64,000 nucleotides of DNA. Origin: Macrostomum lignano. Lineage: Eukaryota. Location: the NCBI GenBank assembly GCA_002269645.1, contig NIVC01002987.1, forward strand, positions 13,686 through 77,685, written 5' to 3'. The notes under the pieces were generated by a model. The model was given only the letters and a program-made list of their open reading frames with translations, was not told the origin of the DNA and searched no databases. The translations under genes were made by a program, and so were the position numbers. The number at the start of each line of letters is the position of its first letter. The first letter of the stretch is position 1. Of the stretch, positions 11,593-23,203 are shown in pieces.

Positions 11593-14500
11593 ATGCCAAG
11601 ACCAATAGCAGTCTCAGCAAAAACACCCGAAATCCTGCCGTCGTCGGTTCATTCGCTAGCGTTGGCCATCTCGTTGCCGACGCTGGGCCTGGTGGCGCTG
11701 TGCGCTCTGGGCTGCGTCTGCTGCTGGCGGAGGAAGCGCAAGACCCGAGCTCGCCTGTTTGACCGGCTGGGCGAGGAGGCCAAGAGTGCAAGAACGACAG
11801 TCAGGTGACTTTTGCTGGTGGAGTGGGTAGACTGATACAGGGACATTGCTAGTGGTTTGATTAACGGTACCTAAAACAAGGTGGAAGGCTCTACTGAAGG
11901 AGGACACTTAAGCGTTTACAGATATATGGATAGATAGACAGATAGATAGACAGACAGATAGATAGACCGATAGATAGACCGCTAATCCAGACCGAACCCT
12001 CAAACCGCAATGCAGGAAACTGACTCATAAGGCAAACCGAGCGGGCAGGCGGCTGGCCGCACCGAAGGCAGCGTCAGCTCCGAAGCTGATGCGGATGGTC
12101 TCAACAGTGCTGCAGCAGCTGCCGTCTGAGCAGCGCAGGCAGAAGTCTAAGCAGCATCGATCAGCGCGGAGGCCTTCATACATGTGCTGGCAGGATGCGG
12201 AGCGGAGGAAGGATGAGCAGAAAGCGCCAGAGCAGCTGCCACATACAGACAGCTGGGTGAAGCGATCTGCGACGAGCGATGCTATTGAAGGCAAGAATGC
12301 AAGGCTGCAGTGTAAAGTATAGCTAGCTGCAGTCTGCTGCAGGACTTGGATTCACAAAAATACTTAAAATCATCTGATTCCGATAGACCGAAAAATTCGA
12401 CTTAAATAAGGATCCGACCACGCTTTGAAAAGGAAACGAATTATATTAGACTCCAATGACTGTTAGACAAGTATTTGCTCAAGACTACAAAGCCAGCTAA
12501 AAATAGATTTACCAGTAATGAATAAGATAGGGTTGAGACTACAATGAATAGAGCGTGCCAGGCTATACCTCAGGCGCAGAGAGCAGAGAGCTAGGGCGCA
12601 GAGAGCTAGGCGGAGGGTTTACAACTGGCCAAATCCAAGATGTGCTCACTTTTCCCGGATTTATATCCCTCAAATGCTGCATCATCTCAGGTTTTTTGCT
12701 TCTCAAACTTGCCAGCAAGGTACGCTTGTCAGCGTAGACCACTGTAGTTTGGGTTGGTCAAGATTTCTCTCTCAGAGACTTTCCCAGTCATTGGGGTGTG
12801 TTTCCAGACTCTCCCAGTCATTGGGGTGTGTTTCCAGACTCTCCCAGTCATTGGGGTGTGTTTCCAGACTCTCCCAGTCATTGGAGTGTGTTTCCAGACT
12901 CTCCCAGTCATTGGAGTGTGTTTCCAGACTCTCCCAGTCATTGGAGTGTGTTTCCAGACTCTCCCAGTCATTGGGTGTGTTTCCAGACTCTCCCAGTCAT
13001 TGGGGTGTGTTTCCAGACTCTCCCAGTCATTGGAGTGTGTTTCCAGACTCTCCCAGTCATTGGAGTGTGTTTCCAGACTCTCCCAGTCATTGGAGTGTGT
13101 TTCCAGACTCTCCCAGTCATTGGGTGTGTTTCCAGACTCTCCCAGTCATTGGAGTGTGTTTCCAGACTCTCCCAGTCATTGGAGTGTGTTTCCAGACTCT
13201 CCCAGTCATTGGGGTGTGTTTCCAGACTCTCCCTGCATTCATTGGTGTAGTTCCAGACTCTCCCTGCATTCATTGGTGTAGTTCCAGACTCTCCCTGCAT
13301 TCATTGGTGTAGTTCCAGACTCTCCCTGCATTCATTGGTGTAGTGCCAGACTCTCCCTGCATTCATTGGTGTAGTTCCAGACTCTCCCTGCATTCATTGG
13401 TGTAGTGCCAGACTCTCCCTGCATTCATTGGTGTAGTGCCAGACTCTCCCTGCATTCATTGGTGTAGTGCCAGACTCTCCCTGCATTCATTGGTGTAGTT
13501 CCAGACTCTCCCTGCATTCATTGGTGTAGTGCCAGACTCTCCCTGCATTCATTGGTGTAGTGCCAGACTCTCCCTGCATTCATTGGTGTAGTTCCAGACT
13601 CTCCCTGCATTCATTGGTGTAGTTCCAGACTCTCCCTGCATTCATTGGTGTAGTGCCAGACTCTCCCTGCATTCATTGGTGTAGTTCCAGACTCTCCCTG
13701 CATTCATTGGTGTAGTTCCAGACTCTCCCTGCATTCATTGGTGTAGTTCCAGACTCTCCCTGCATTCATTGGTGTAGTTCCAGACTCTCCCTGCATTCAT
13801 TGGTGTAGTTCCAGACTCTCCCTGCATTCATTGGTGTAGTGCCAGGCTCTCCCTGCATTCATTGGTGTAGTTCCAGACTCTCCCTGCATTCATTGGTGTA
13901 GTGCCAGGCTCTCCCTGCATTCATTGGTGTAGTTCCAGACTCTCCCTGCATTCATTGGTGTAGTTCCAGACTCTCCCTGCATTCATTGGTGTAGTTCCAG
14001 ACTCTCCCAGTCATTGGGGTGTTGCCAAACTTTCCCAGTCATTGGTGTATTACCAGACTCTTCCAGTCATTGGGGTGTTGCCAAACTTTCCCAGTCATTG
14101 GTGTATTACCAGACTCTTCCAGTCATTGGGTTGTGTTTCCAGACTCTCCCAGTCATTGGGGTGTATTACCAGACTCTCCCAGTCATTGGGGTGTGTTTCC
14201 AGACTCTCCCAGTCATTGGGGTGTTTCCAGACTCTCCCAGTCATTGGGGTGTATTACCAGACTCTCCCAGTCATTGGGTTATGTTTCCAGACTCTCCCAG
14301 TCATTGGGGTGTTTCCAGACTCTCCCAGTCATTGGGGTGTATTACCAGACTCTCCCAGTCATTGGGTTATGTTTCCAGACTCTCCCAGTCATTGGGGTGT
14401 TTCCAGACTCTCCCAGTCATTGGGGTGTTTCCAGACTCTCCCAGTCATTGGGGTGTATTACCAGACTCTCCCAGTCATTGGGTTATGTTTCCAGACTCTC

Positions 14501-15333
14501 CCAGTCATTGGGGTGTATTACCAGACTCTCCCAGTCATTGGGGTGTGTTTCCAGACTCTCCCAGTCATTGGTGTATTACCAGACTCTCCCAGTCATTGGG
14601 TTGTGTTTCCAGACTCTCCCAGTCATTGGGTTGTTGCCACTCACTCCCCATCCCAGTCATAGTGATATGACCGTCCGCCCCTACTCTTTGCTCCCTTCCC
14701 ACAGGCACGGATGCGGGCCTAGGCCAAATCCAGCTGGGCATACGGTACGACAGACGGCACCGGTTCCTGACTGTGGCGCTGCTGCAAGCGGCAAATCTGC
14801 AGCTGCCTCCAAACCAAAAGCCGCCGCAGCAGGTTCAAGCGCTGTTGCAGATCCTACCGCCGCAAGGTAGCCGCCACCAAGAGTTCAACGACACCTTCCA
14901 GACTCCGCCAGCTGAGTTCAATTCAGGTCAACCCAACTGGCGATACGCGTTCAAATTTGTGCAGTTCCCGGGCCTGCTAGCCAGCTGGCAGCTGCGGGTG
15001 GCGGTGCGGCTGGCAGCGGAAGATCAGGAAGACGGGACGCCGCGCTCACTTGTCCAGCAGCCGGCGCACCTCGGCGAGACTTGGCTCGATTTGGCAAAGT
15101 TTTCGCGACTGTCAGAGTCGTCATCAACTTCAACGCAAAACTCGTCGTCATCTTCGGCGACGGCGCCCGTCGAATCGCCGGCAAAGTGCGCAGACGATGG
15201 AGAGAAGCAGCGGCGACGGCAGCGACGGCAGCGGCGGCAGCGGAAGCTGCAACAGCAAGATGAAGCAGCAACTCTGGAGCAGGTGTTCTGGCAGCACCTG
15301 GAGCCTAGCAGGAGCTGCTGCGGTGGATTCTGA
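11593..15333 (+). CDS. Synaptotagmin-like gene: N-terminal TM helix, linker, one divergent C2 domain
   Basis: Exon 11593-11804 encodes a TM helix followed by CVCCWRRKRK, with donor ag|gtgact and an in-frame acceptor at 12015. A phase-1 donor at 12720 matches the acceptor at 14704. The last exon 14705-15333 encodes LGQIQLGIRYDRRHRFLTVALLQAANL...HLGETWLDL...VFWQHLEP (C2 fold). Linker exons are unresolved, and joining the TM exon to the C2 exon is inferred. Confidence 0.55.
12770..14640. repeat. Compound intronic minisatellite of three related 28-31-bp units
   Basis: cccagtcattggggtgtgtttccagactct, then ccctgcattcattggtgtagttccagactct, then variants of the first unit; shared core ttccagactctccc. 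Confidence 0.95.
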
Positions 15334-15812
15334 CACTAAACAGCTCAAGGTGTCAAGGTGGACTGATCGGTGGACTGAAGAGTACAGTTCCTTTAAAAAT
15401 TTCCCAGAACGCGCCATCCTGAGAAACGTGTGACCTTCATTTCTTAGACAGGCTTTAAAGTACAAATTGTGTATCCAGTTAGCTGCATCACACTGAAATG
15501 CAGTTTACAATACACCTAATCCAATAACAGGTAACTTTTAAACTCAAGAAACTTGGAGAATTGAAACGCAGGAAAGTTCTTCATTGGTGCATTATAGCAG
15601 AGAAATTATTTAGCTGCAGTTCAAAGTAACACCGAGAGTGCATTTCTTGAGTGGACAACTCAAGTAAAGCTCAATGCAAAAATGCAATCAAACCATAGAA
15701 ACAAAGGACTTAGTGAGTTATAAAAACCACAAAGCCGTGATTAAAATGCTTCATATTAGTCATAAAACCGTTGTAGTCTAGCAGGGGAATTTGCTCTGCC
15801 AAATTATTAAGT

Positions 15813-18800
15813 TCACGAATTTTTGGCTACGACTAAGTGCAGACTGCGCAGCATCTTCACTAGTTTGAAATCGTCATCGCTGAGCTGCGATGTGTCCACC
15901 TTGGCAACAGATGAGTTGTCCTTAGCAACTGGCGAGGCCTTAGCAACCGACGAGTCCTTAGCAACCGAAGAGTCCTTAGCAACCGACGAGTTTGTCTTAG
16001 CAATAGGCTTCTTTTCTTCAGTAGCTAACGTATTCTCCTTAGCAACCAACGAATTCTCCTGAGCTGGTCCCGTAGCAACCGGTGCCTCAATAACACTGGA
16101 ATTTTTATCTGGCGCTGGCAACTCGGCCCATACGCTGTCGTTCATAGGAGCGCATTCCAGAAACCGGGTCACTCGCTTCTTAGCATCCCCCTGCACAGCC
16201 GATTCGGGCCTGTACAGCCAGTAGAAACGGCACTGCAAGCTGGCCGACAGCTTGCGCACCGACGACAGGCAGCGGTGGAACTCGAAGAAGCCCAGGTCGT
16301 CGGGCGAGGGCGCAGACGGCGCCAGCAGCAGGTCAATCGGCAGGGCGGCACCGAGACGGTCGTCTGCCAGCAGTTCTACATCACCGAGATTGACAACTTG
16401 GCTGTCGTTGTTGATAGACGCTGTTGATTTTGCCGACAGACTAGAGGCCATCAGCAAAGTGGAGGTGAGCCCAGCTGCCTGCAGCAGCTTTAAGCTGAGC
16501 CCCTGCTGGTCGAACAGCACCAGGACGCGCAGCGGGCGAGTTGGGCTAGATTCGCGATCGAGCTGAGGTCTGAGGGGGTGTGGGTACACGGTGTGGCTGA
16601 GGCTTAAGCCCGTCGGTAACCAGTGGTCCGAACTGAAGTATCTGAGTTTGTCAACACTGATGGGGAATATTCCCACCTGAGGGATCAATACATCTACACG
16701 GATGGGAAAAATTCCCACCTGAGGGATCAATACATCTACACGGATGGGAAAAATTCCCACCTGAGGGATCAAGACATCTACACGGATGGGAAAAATTCCC
16801 ACCTGAGGGATCAAGACATCTACACGGATGGGAAAAATTCCCACCTGAGGGATCAATATATCAAGACTGATGGGGAATATTCCCACCTGAGGGATCAAGA
16901 CGTCAAGACTGATGGTGAATATTCCCACCTGAGGGATCAAGACGTCAAGACTGATGGTGAATATTCCCACCTGAGGGATCAAGACGTCAAGACTGATGGT
17001 GAATATTCCCACCTGAGGGATCAAGACGTCAAGACTGATGGTGAATATTCCCACCTGAGGGATCAATACATCTACACGGATGGGAAAAATTCCCACCTGA
17101 GGGATCAATATGTCAAGACTGATGGGGAATATTCCCACCTGAGGGATCAGTGTATCAACACGGATGGTGAATATTCCCACCTGAGGGATCAATATTTCAA
17201 GACTGATGGGGAATATTCCCACCTGAGGGATCAATATGTCAATACTGATGGGGAATATTCCCACCTGAGGAATCAATATCAACACGGATGGGAAATATTC
17301 CCACCTGAGAGATCAGTGTGTCAGGACTGATGGGGAACATTCCCACCTGAGGAATCAATACGTCAATACTAAATAGGATTGGGGGGATCATAACTGAATG
17401 ACGTCAGTAGCCTGGCCTGTCAGGACGCAGGCAATAACAAAACTGTTACTAAACACAGTGCAAAACAAATCTGATCTGTCCTTACCGACCAGCGGGTCGC
17501 AGCAGGCCCATCGGAGCGGACATGCACAGACAGCAAATCCAGTCAGTAGCGTCAGGCTCCAAGTAGGTGGCCAGGGCCCAGGCGGCCGGGCCGACAAGAA
17601 GGGTGAGACAGGCCTGCGGGAACACGGATACGGCTGATGACAGTCATCGGGATGTGGACAAGATCAGATAGGATGCAGACAAGATCAGAGAGGATGCGGA
17701 CAGGATCAGAGCGGATGCAGACAAGATCAGAGAGGATGCAGACAAGATCAGAGAGGATGCAGACAAGATCAGAGAGGATGCAGACAAGATCAGAGAGGAT
17801 GCAGACAAGATCAGAGAGGATGCGGACAAGATCAGAGAGGATGCGGACAAGATCAGATAATGTAGGCAAGATCTGAGAGGATGCGGACAAGATCAGAGAG
17901 GATGCAGACAAGATCAGAGAGGATGCGGACAGGATCAGAGTGGATGCGGACAAGATCAGAGAGGATGCGGACAGGATCAGAGTGGATGCGGACAAGATCA
18001 GAGAGGATGCGGACAAGATCAGAGAGGATGCGGACAAGATCAGAGAGGATGCAGACAAGATCAGATAGGATACGGACAAGATCAGAGTGGATGCGGACAA
18101 GATCAGAGAGGATGCGGACAGGATCAGAGTGGATGCGGACAAGATCAGAGAGGATACGGACAAGATCAGAGCGGATGCGGACAAGATCAGAGCGGATGCG
18201 GACAAGATCAGAGAGGATGCGGACAAGATCAGAGAGGATGCGGACAAGATCAGATAATGTAGGCAAGATCTGAGAGGATGCGGACAAGATCAGAGAGGAT
18301 GCAGACAAGATCAGAGAGGATGCGGACAGGATCAGAGTGGATGCGGACAGGATCAGAGAGGATGCGGACAGGATCAGAGTGGATGCGGACAGGATCAGAG
18401 TGGATGCGGACAGGATCAGAGTGGATGCGGACAAGATCAGAGAGGATGCGGACAAGGTCAGAGAGGATGCGGACAAGATCAGATAATGTAGGCAAGATCT
18501 GAGAGGATGCGGACAAGATCAGAGAGGATGCGGACAAGATCTGAGAGGATGCGGACAAGATCAGAGAGGATGCAGACAAGATCAGAGAGGATGCGGACAA
18601 GATCAGAGAGGATGCGGACAGGATCAGAGAGGATGCGGACAGGATCAGAGCGGATGCGGACAGGATCAGAGAGGATGCAGACAAGATCAGAGAGGATGCA
18701 GACAAGATCAGAGAGGATGCAGACAAGATCAGAGAGGATGCGGACAAGATCAGAGAGGATGCGGACAAGATCAGAGAGGATGCGGACAAGATCAGAGAGG

Positions 18801-20723
18801 ATGCGGACAAGATCAGAGGATTGCGGATGAAGCCATGAAGCCGGTAATACCTGGCAGAACAGTCGTTTGCAGCCTGTGCAAGTGGCCGCCTGCACGCCGC
18901 AGCGCATCGCGCACACAGAGCAGGCGCGGGCGCCCACGCCGATGACGGCAGCGGCAAGGGCGTCATTGACCCGGCGGCTGCAGGGCTGACACAGCTGGCC
19001 AGCGAATACGGGATGCTGGATAGCCGGGTCGCTGGCCGCCGAGCCGCCGCAGGCCAGACAGTAGTCAGGCTCGTTGATCCGGCTGCGCCTGTAGTTCCGC
19101 ATCAGCTGGTCTGTGATAGGACGCGAACCCGGTACCTCCAGGCAATCGTTATCGTGGCTACCGCCGCTGCTACTGCCACTGGGACCTCCGCTTCTGTCTT
19201 CTCCCTCTCTCTTCTCCTTTGTTCCGACAGCTTGGTTAGGCTTTTTGCAGCCCCGTCCCACTGTTGAAGCGGCGGTCGCGCTCTGCTCAAAGTCGGAGTC
19301 GCTGTCGACCGCGGCGGCGGCTGATGTGACTGGACGACTCTGTGCAGCTGGGATGAGATGGTGCATCGAAGCATTTCATTGCGCAGTGCGTGGCGTTACC
19401 TTCAAGACCACAGCATCAAACAGGACCCAGGGTCTTGCGCTATGGACAACCAAGGCAGAAGGACGCTGCACTGAAGCCAGCAGGTGTCCGAGCTGCGCTC
19501 ACAAGTTTATCAAGCTGTTTTTTTTAACTGCTGCCGGAGACCGGCAAGCAAGCAAAGTTGCGGCGAAATTGCAGCTGCTCCTGTCTCTGCAGTGTTTTGT
19601 CTGGACGGATTTGTCTTTGGTAAAAACCTGCTTAGTTTTATGTATGTAAAAAACCAAATCTCTGCAGTCGTTTAGAAAAGCTCTCCAATGATTTTTTAAA
19701 CTTTTTTCTCTTGAAAAAACTTGTGAGCGCACCTCGGAGAAAACACCTGCTGGCTTCATCTGCAATTCGGAAGTCCAGCAGGTGAGGTATTGGGAATTCA
19801 GTGCAGAAAAACTGAAAACTTCTTATCTCGCCAATGCATTCATATTCATACATGCGCAACTGCTGGCCAACCTGGCCGATCCGGCCACCGTAAATTGTGG
19901 TGGACCAGGTGGACCAAGTCGCATTTTTAATAAAAAAAGTAAGTCGTATGGCCAGTGTAAATCAGGGGGGGGTTGCGCATGTATGTTTATATAGATTTCT
20001 TTTTTATTATTTAATATTATTGATGGGTGTTAAAATTCTTTTCTTGTTTTAGAAGTAGACCATATCTGTAGACGAACATGGATTTCTTAAGACAGCAGCT
20101 AAACACTGACCAGGCGCGCCGCTTCTAACGTAGGAACGCCGGTGCCGCTCGCGCATGCTGTCCAGGCAGCGCTCGGCCCACTCGGACAGCCGACAACCGT
20201 CGCCGCCGTTCAACAGCGCCTGCTGGCCGGCCTCCAGCTCGGCTAGCGACTCTCGTAGCCGGCCAAGCGCAACCCGGCTGGTCAGGGAGCCGCGCGCCAA
20301 CAGCTCGTCTAGCAGGCGGACTAGGCCGCGTTGCTGCATCGAGCCGCTAGCGGGGGCGCCAGCACCAGCCGCAGGCAGATGGACCAGGGCTTTCTGGCTG
20401 CTCAGTGGCAGCAGGGATTTCTGAGCAACTTCGGACACTTTGCCTTCGGCTAGCCAAAGCAGCCAGCGCCAGCCTGGCCGAGCCGGGCGAAGGTGGCAGC
20501 GCCAGCCGGACACAACCATGCCGGGATAATGGCGCGCACCCCATGGCGCCCAGGCCAGAGCGCCGAAGTCTTCAACTAGCTCGCCCGACTGGGGGGCCAG
20601 CATGTTGTCAGCGGAGCTGACGGCGTTGCCCGATTCGTTGTCGGATGCGGATGAAGAGTCAGACGACTCATTGTAGTTGTTGCTGACAGGCCTGGGTCGC
20701 TTGGTTGCGCCGCGGGAGGGCAT
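15813..20723 (-). CDS. DNMT3-family protein: PWWP + ADD + catalytically degenerate methyltransferase-like domain, ~688 aa
   Basis: Exons 20723-20111, 19347-18851, 17613-17486 and 16641-15813 have GT/AG boundaries with matching phases (1, 0, 2) and total 2067 nt in one ORF. PWWP: WAPWGARHYPG, RWLLWLAEGK. ADD: CLACG..HPVFAGQLCQPC..CSVC..CTGCKRLFCQACLTLLVGP..WICCLC..GLLR. MTase-like: PLRVLVLFD, GDV, IDLLL, FFEFHRCL, FYWLY, VTRFLE. Confidence 0.9.
16645..17350. repeat. Intronic minisatellite, 42-bp unit
   Basis: gatcaagacgtcaagactgatggtgaatattcccacctgagg repeats filling intron 3 of the DNMT3-like gene. Confidence 0.95.
17655..18830. repeat. Intronic minisatellite, 21-bp unit
   Basis: gatcagagaggatgcggacaa repeats filling intron 2 of the DNMT3-like gene. 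Confidence 0.95.
19470..19762. mobile_element. MITE-like element, ~290 bp, in intron 1 of the DNMT3-like gene
   Basis: ~55-bp imperfect inverted ends (tgaagccagcaggtgtccgagctgcgctcacaagttt vs aaacttgtgagcgcacctcggagaaaacacctgctggcttca). Confidence 0.65.
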
Positions 20724-20934
20724 CGCTCAGCTCTGTTGGCAGCAAAGCGGTCATGTAGAATAAAAGAATATGCTGCCCATACAGACTTCCAGACTTTCTC
20801 AGTGTCAGCTGGCTATATTTTTGATAATGCTCAAATATATTTTCTTATATATTGCTTATAATATTTTTTTGCTATTGGACAATAAGAATCATATTTTGGG
20901 CTTAAAGATATTACTGCAGTCTAACATCTAGGGG

Positions 20935-21090
20935 TTGTAGCCTAGTGTTTAGAGGGTCAGATTCACAACTAAAAGGCTAGGGTTCCATTCTCAACCCACT
21001 TAGAACAATTTGTGACCTTGAGAAAGACTTACTTAACTCTGCATTGCTTCAGTTCACCCAGTTGTAAAATGGATATGAATTAGCAGGGGT
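20935..21090 (+). mobile_element. Decayed tRNA-derived SINE with CORE-like segment
   Basis: A-box-like tagcctagtgtttag and B-box-like gggttccattctc. These are followed by tgtgaccttgagaaagacttacttaactctgcattgcttcagttcacccagttgtaaaatgg, which resembles the MIR/CORE-SINE core. Confidence 0.55.
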
Positions 21091-22431
21091 AATTGAGGGG
21101 GTATGTGTGTGGCAACCCCCTAGTTGTCAGACTTATAATTTATAACCAAAATATTTCAGTAATCAGTTAAAATAAAAAATATTAATTTATATCTTGCTTG
21201 TTGCATTTGTACTTTCTTATTATATAGCCCCTATAGCTTGGCTAATTTACTTTATTTTATCTTCTTTACACTATTTGCTAGGCCTATATAGTCCTAAATA
21301 ACATACTTATTATTATTAAAATCAATCGAAAAAGATAATGGTTAGATATATAACTATATTAAGGCTCTATGGCCTTAATAAGATACAATCTATATTAAAA
21401 AATGAATTTAAACAAAGTAAAAATTACTTAGTAAGCATTCTCAAAATCCACTTTAAAAACAGTGATCTCCCAGGCCTAACTTTTAAAGCATTTAGAAATA
21501 TATTATAAAAGTTATAAATGGGCTAAAAGTTAGCAATGGTCTAAAAGTTCTAGTCCAACTAGAGCTATTTGATTCTATTTATTGTTGATTTATTTCTATG
21601 TATATTATTTTGATGAACGAGGAGAATGAGGTAGGTGTGCAAATTTTATAATCAAAGCATTGAGCTAAGAATGTTACTATTGACTCTTGACTCATTTTTA
21701 CAAAAATAAAAGAATTTAGAAAACTAGGGCTACAAAAAATAATTATGATATATAATTATAATAGTTTATAAAAATATTCCAAAATGTAATATATGTTTAC
21801 CTATCAGTTTATCAATCTATCACCCTTTTGACTATTGCCTTTTTGACTATCATCCTATTGATTAGTATCTATCTATACTCATACCTAGCTAGTCCCGAGT
21901 CTATTTTGGTATTCTATATAAAAGTTCAAGTTATAAATATGTACCTATTGCTTTATAACTAAAATGGCTATTATTAAAAATGCAATGTTACCAAAGTAGA
22001 AAGTACTAAAGTGGCTATTACAAAAGTTGATTATTATTACCATTTAAGTTCTATAGCCTATTGTTATATGCAACATATTGGGCTTATTAATATTATAATG
22101 CCAAATTTAATATAGTTGTTATTGTGAGGAGTAAAAGTTAAGGCTTATAATTTATATTATATGCATTGAAACAAAAATAGGCCTATTGTATCAATGTAGG
22201 CCTAGTAATAAAAAAGCAAAATTTTTATGCTATAAGACACACACAGACAGTCAACAGAAAGACAGACAGAGTTTTCATTTTTATAGGTAGGCCTAGAGAT
22301 AGCAGTCTATAGGCATAGGCCCAAATTATTATATCACTTTTTAACTTCTATGCAAAAGTAGAAACACTGCTTAAGATGACAAGGGTGCTTATTAGGATTT
22401 TAAATTTGTTGTCTTATGCCTTATGTTTGGG

Positions 22432-23203
22432 GGTTACACCAAATTTGTCAACATCTAATTCATCAACAGACCTAAAATTTAAAAAGAAATTGAATTTGTC
22501 AACAGTTAAAACAAACTGAGCAAATTTGTCAACAACAAGACAGACTTACTAAAAAGCTTATTTCTTAACACAAAAACTATAAATTTATATAGGCCTAATT
22601 TGATGAGCAAAATATTGCAAAGACGTTAACAAGACTTCATGAGTACACACTCTAAATGCTATTGTGTATACACAACTCAAATCTAACAAATTGGGCAATC
22701 AATGCTATATAGGTCCTACATAATACTACATTCTACTTAGTTGAGTATCCAGATGCAATTATATCAAGAGCTAGTTTATTTGGTGTTTTTATTCTACATA
22801 TGATTTATTATGGTCATTTTATTTTTAATTCAATTTTTATTCTAAGTTTGTTTATCTCCTTAACCATTAACAAAGGTTTTGTTTGAGTATGACTTTAGAT
22901 TTCAAAATGTGTGCAAAAATAGTTCTAGCAAATTTATTGCAATTCAGCAGATTTAAAATCTGCAGGCTGTAGGCCCTAGTAGGTTTTAAAAAATATAGGC
23001 CTATATCAAATAAAACCATTTGCTTTGTTATCTTATATGTATCTTCTCAATAGGCTTTTGTATTTCAATTTTTAGCATAGGGCCTGGGCCTATAGTAAAA
23101 ATATACTAGGCCTAGCTGGTTAATAGTGTATCATCAGGTAACCAAATTTGTCAACAATGCTTGCTGACGAATTAGATTAGATGTTGACAAATTTGGTGGC
23201 ACC
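22432..23203. mobile_element. Non-autonomous DNA transposon remnant, ~770 bp
   Basis: Perfect 22-bp inverted match caccaaatttgtcaacatctaa (22437-22458 vs 23177-23198), plus internal aaatttgtcaaca copies. Confidence 0.6.

Noticed and set aside
12674-14870. Multiple long repetitive ORFs (VSRLSQSL, FPDSPSHW)
   Set aside because: Open in several frames because the minisatellite lacks stops; the region is bounded by splice sites.
15813-16641. Active DNA methyltransferase as the direct cause of the neighbouring CpG loss
   Set aside because: The catalytic Cys, ENV and RxR motifs are absent, so this protein cannot be assumed to methylate DNA; any link would be indirect.
16623-18830. Repeat-protein ORFs (ILIPQVGIF, TRSERM, SASSLIL)
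   Set aside because: These are intronic arrays of the DNMT3-like gene; the true exons join in frame without them.
19400-19500. Possible extra exon in DNMT3-like intron 1 (donor aag|gtaacg)
   Set aside because: Its phase 0 does not fit the downstream phase-1 acceptor, it overlaps a MITE end, and the direct join is already in frame.
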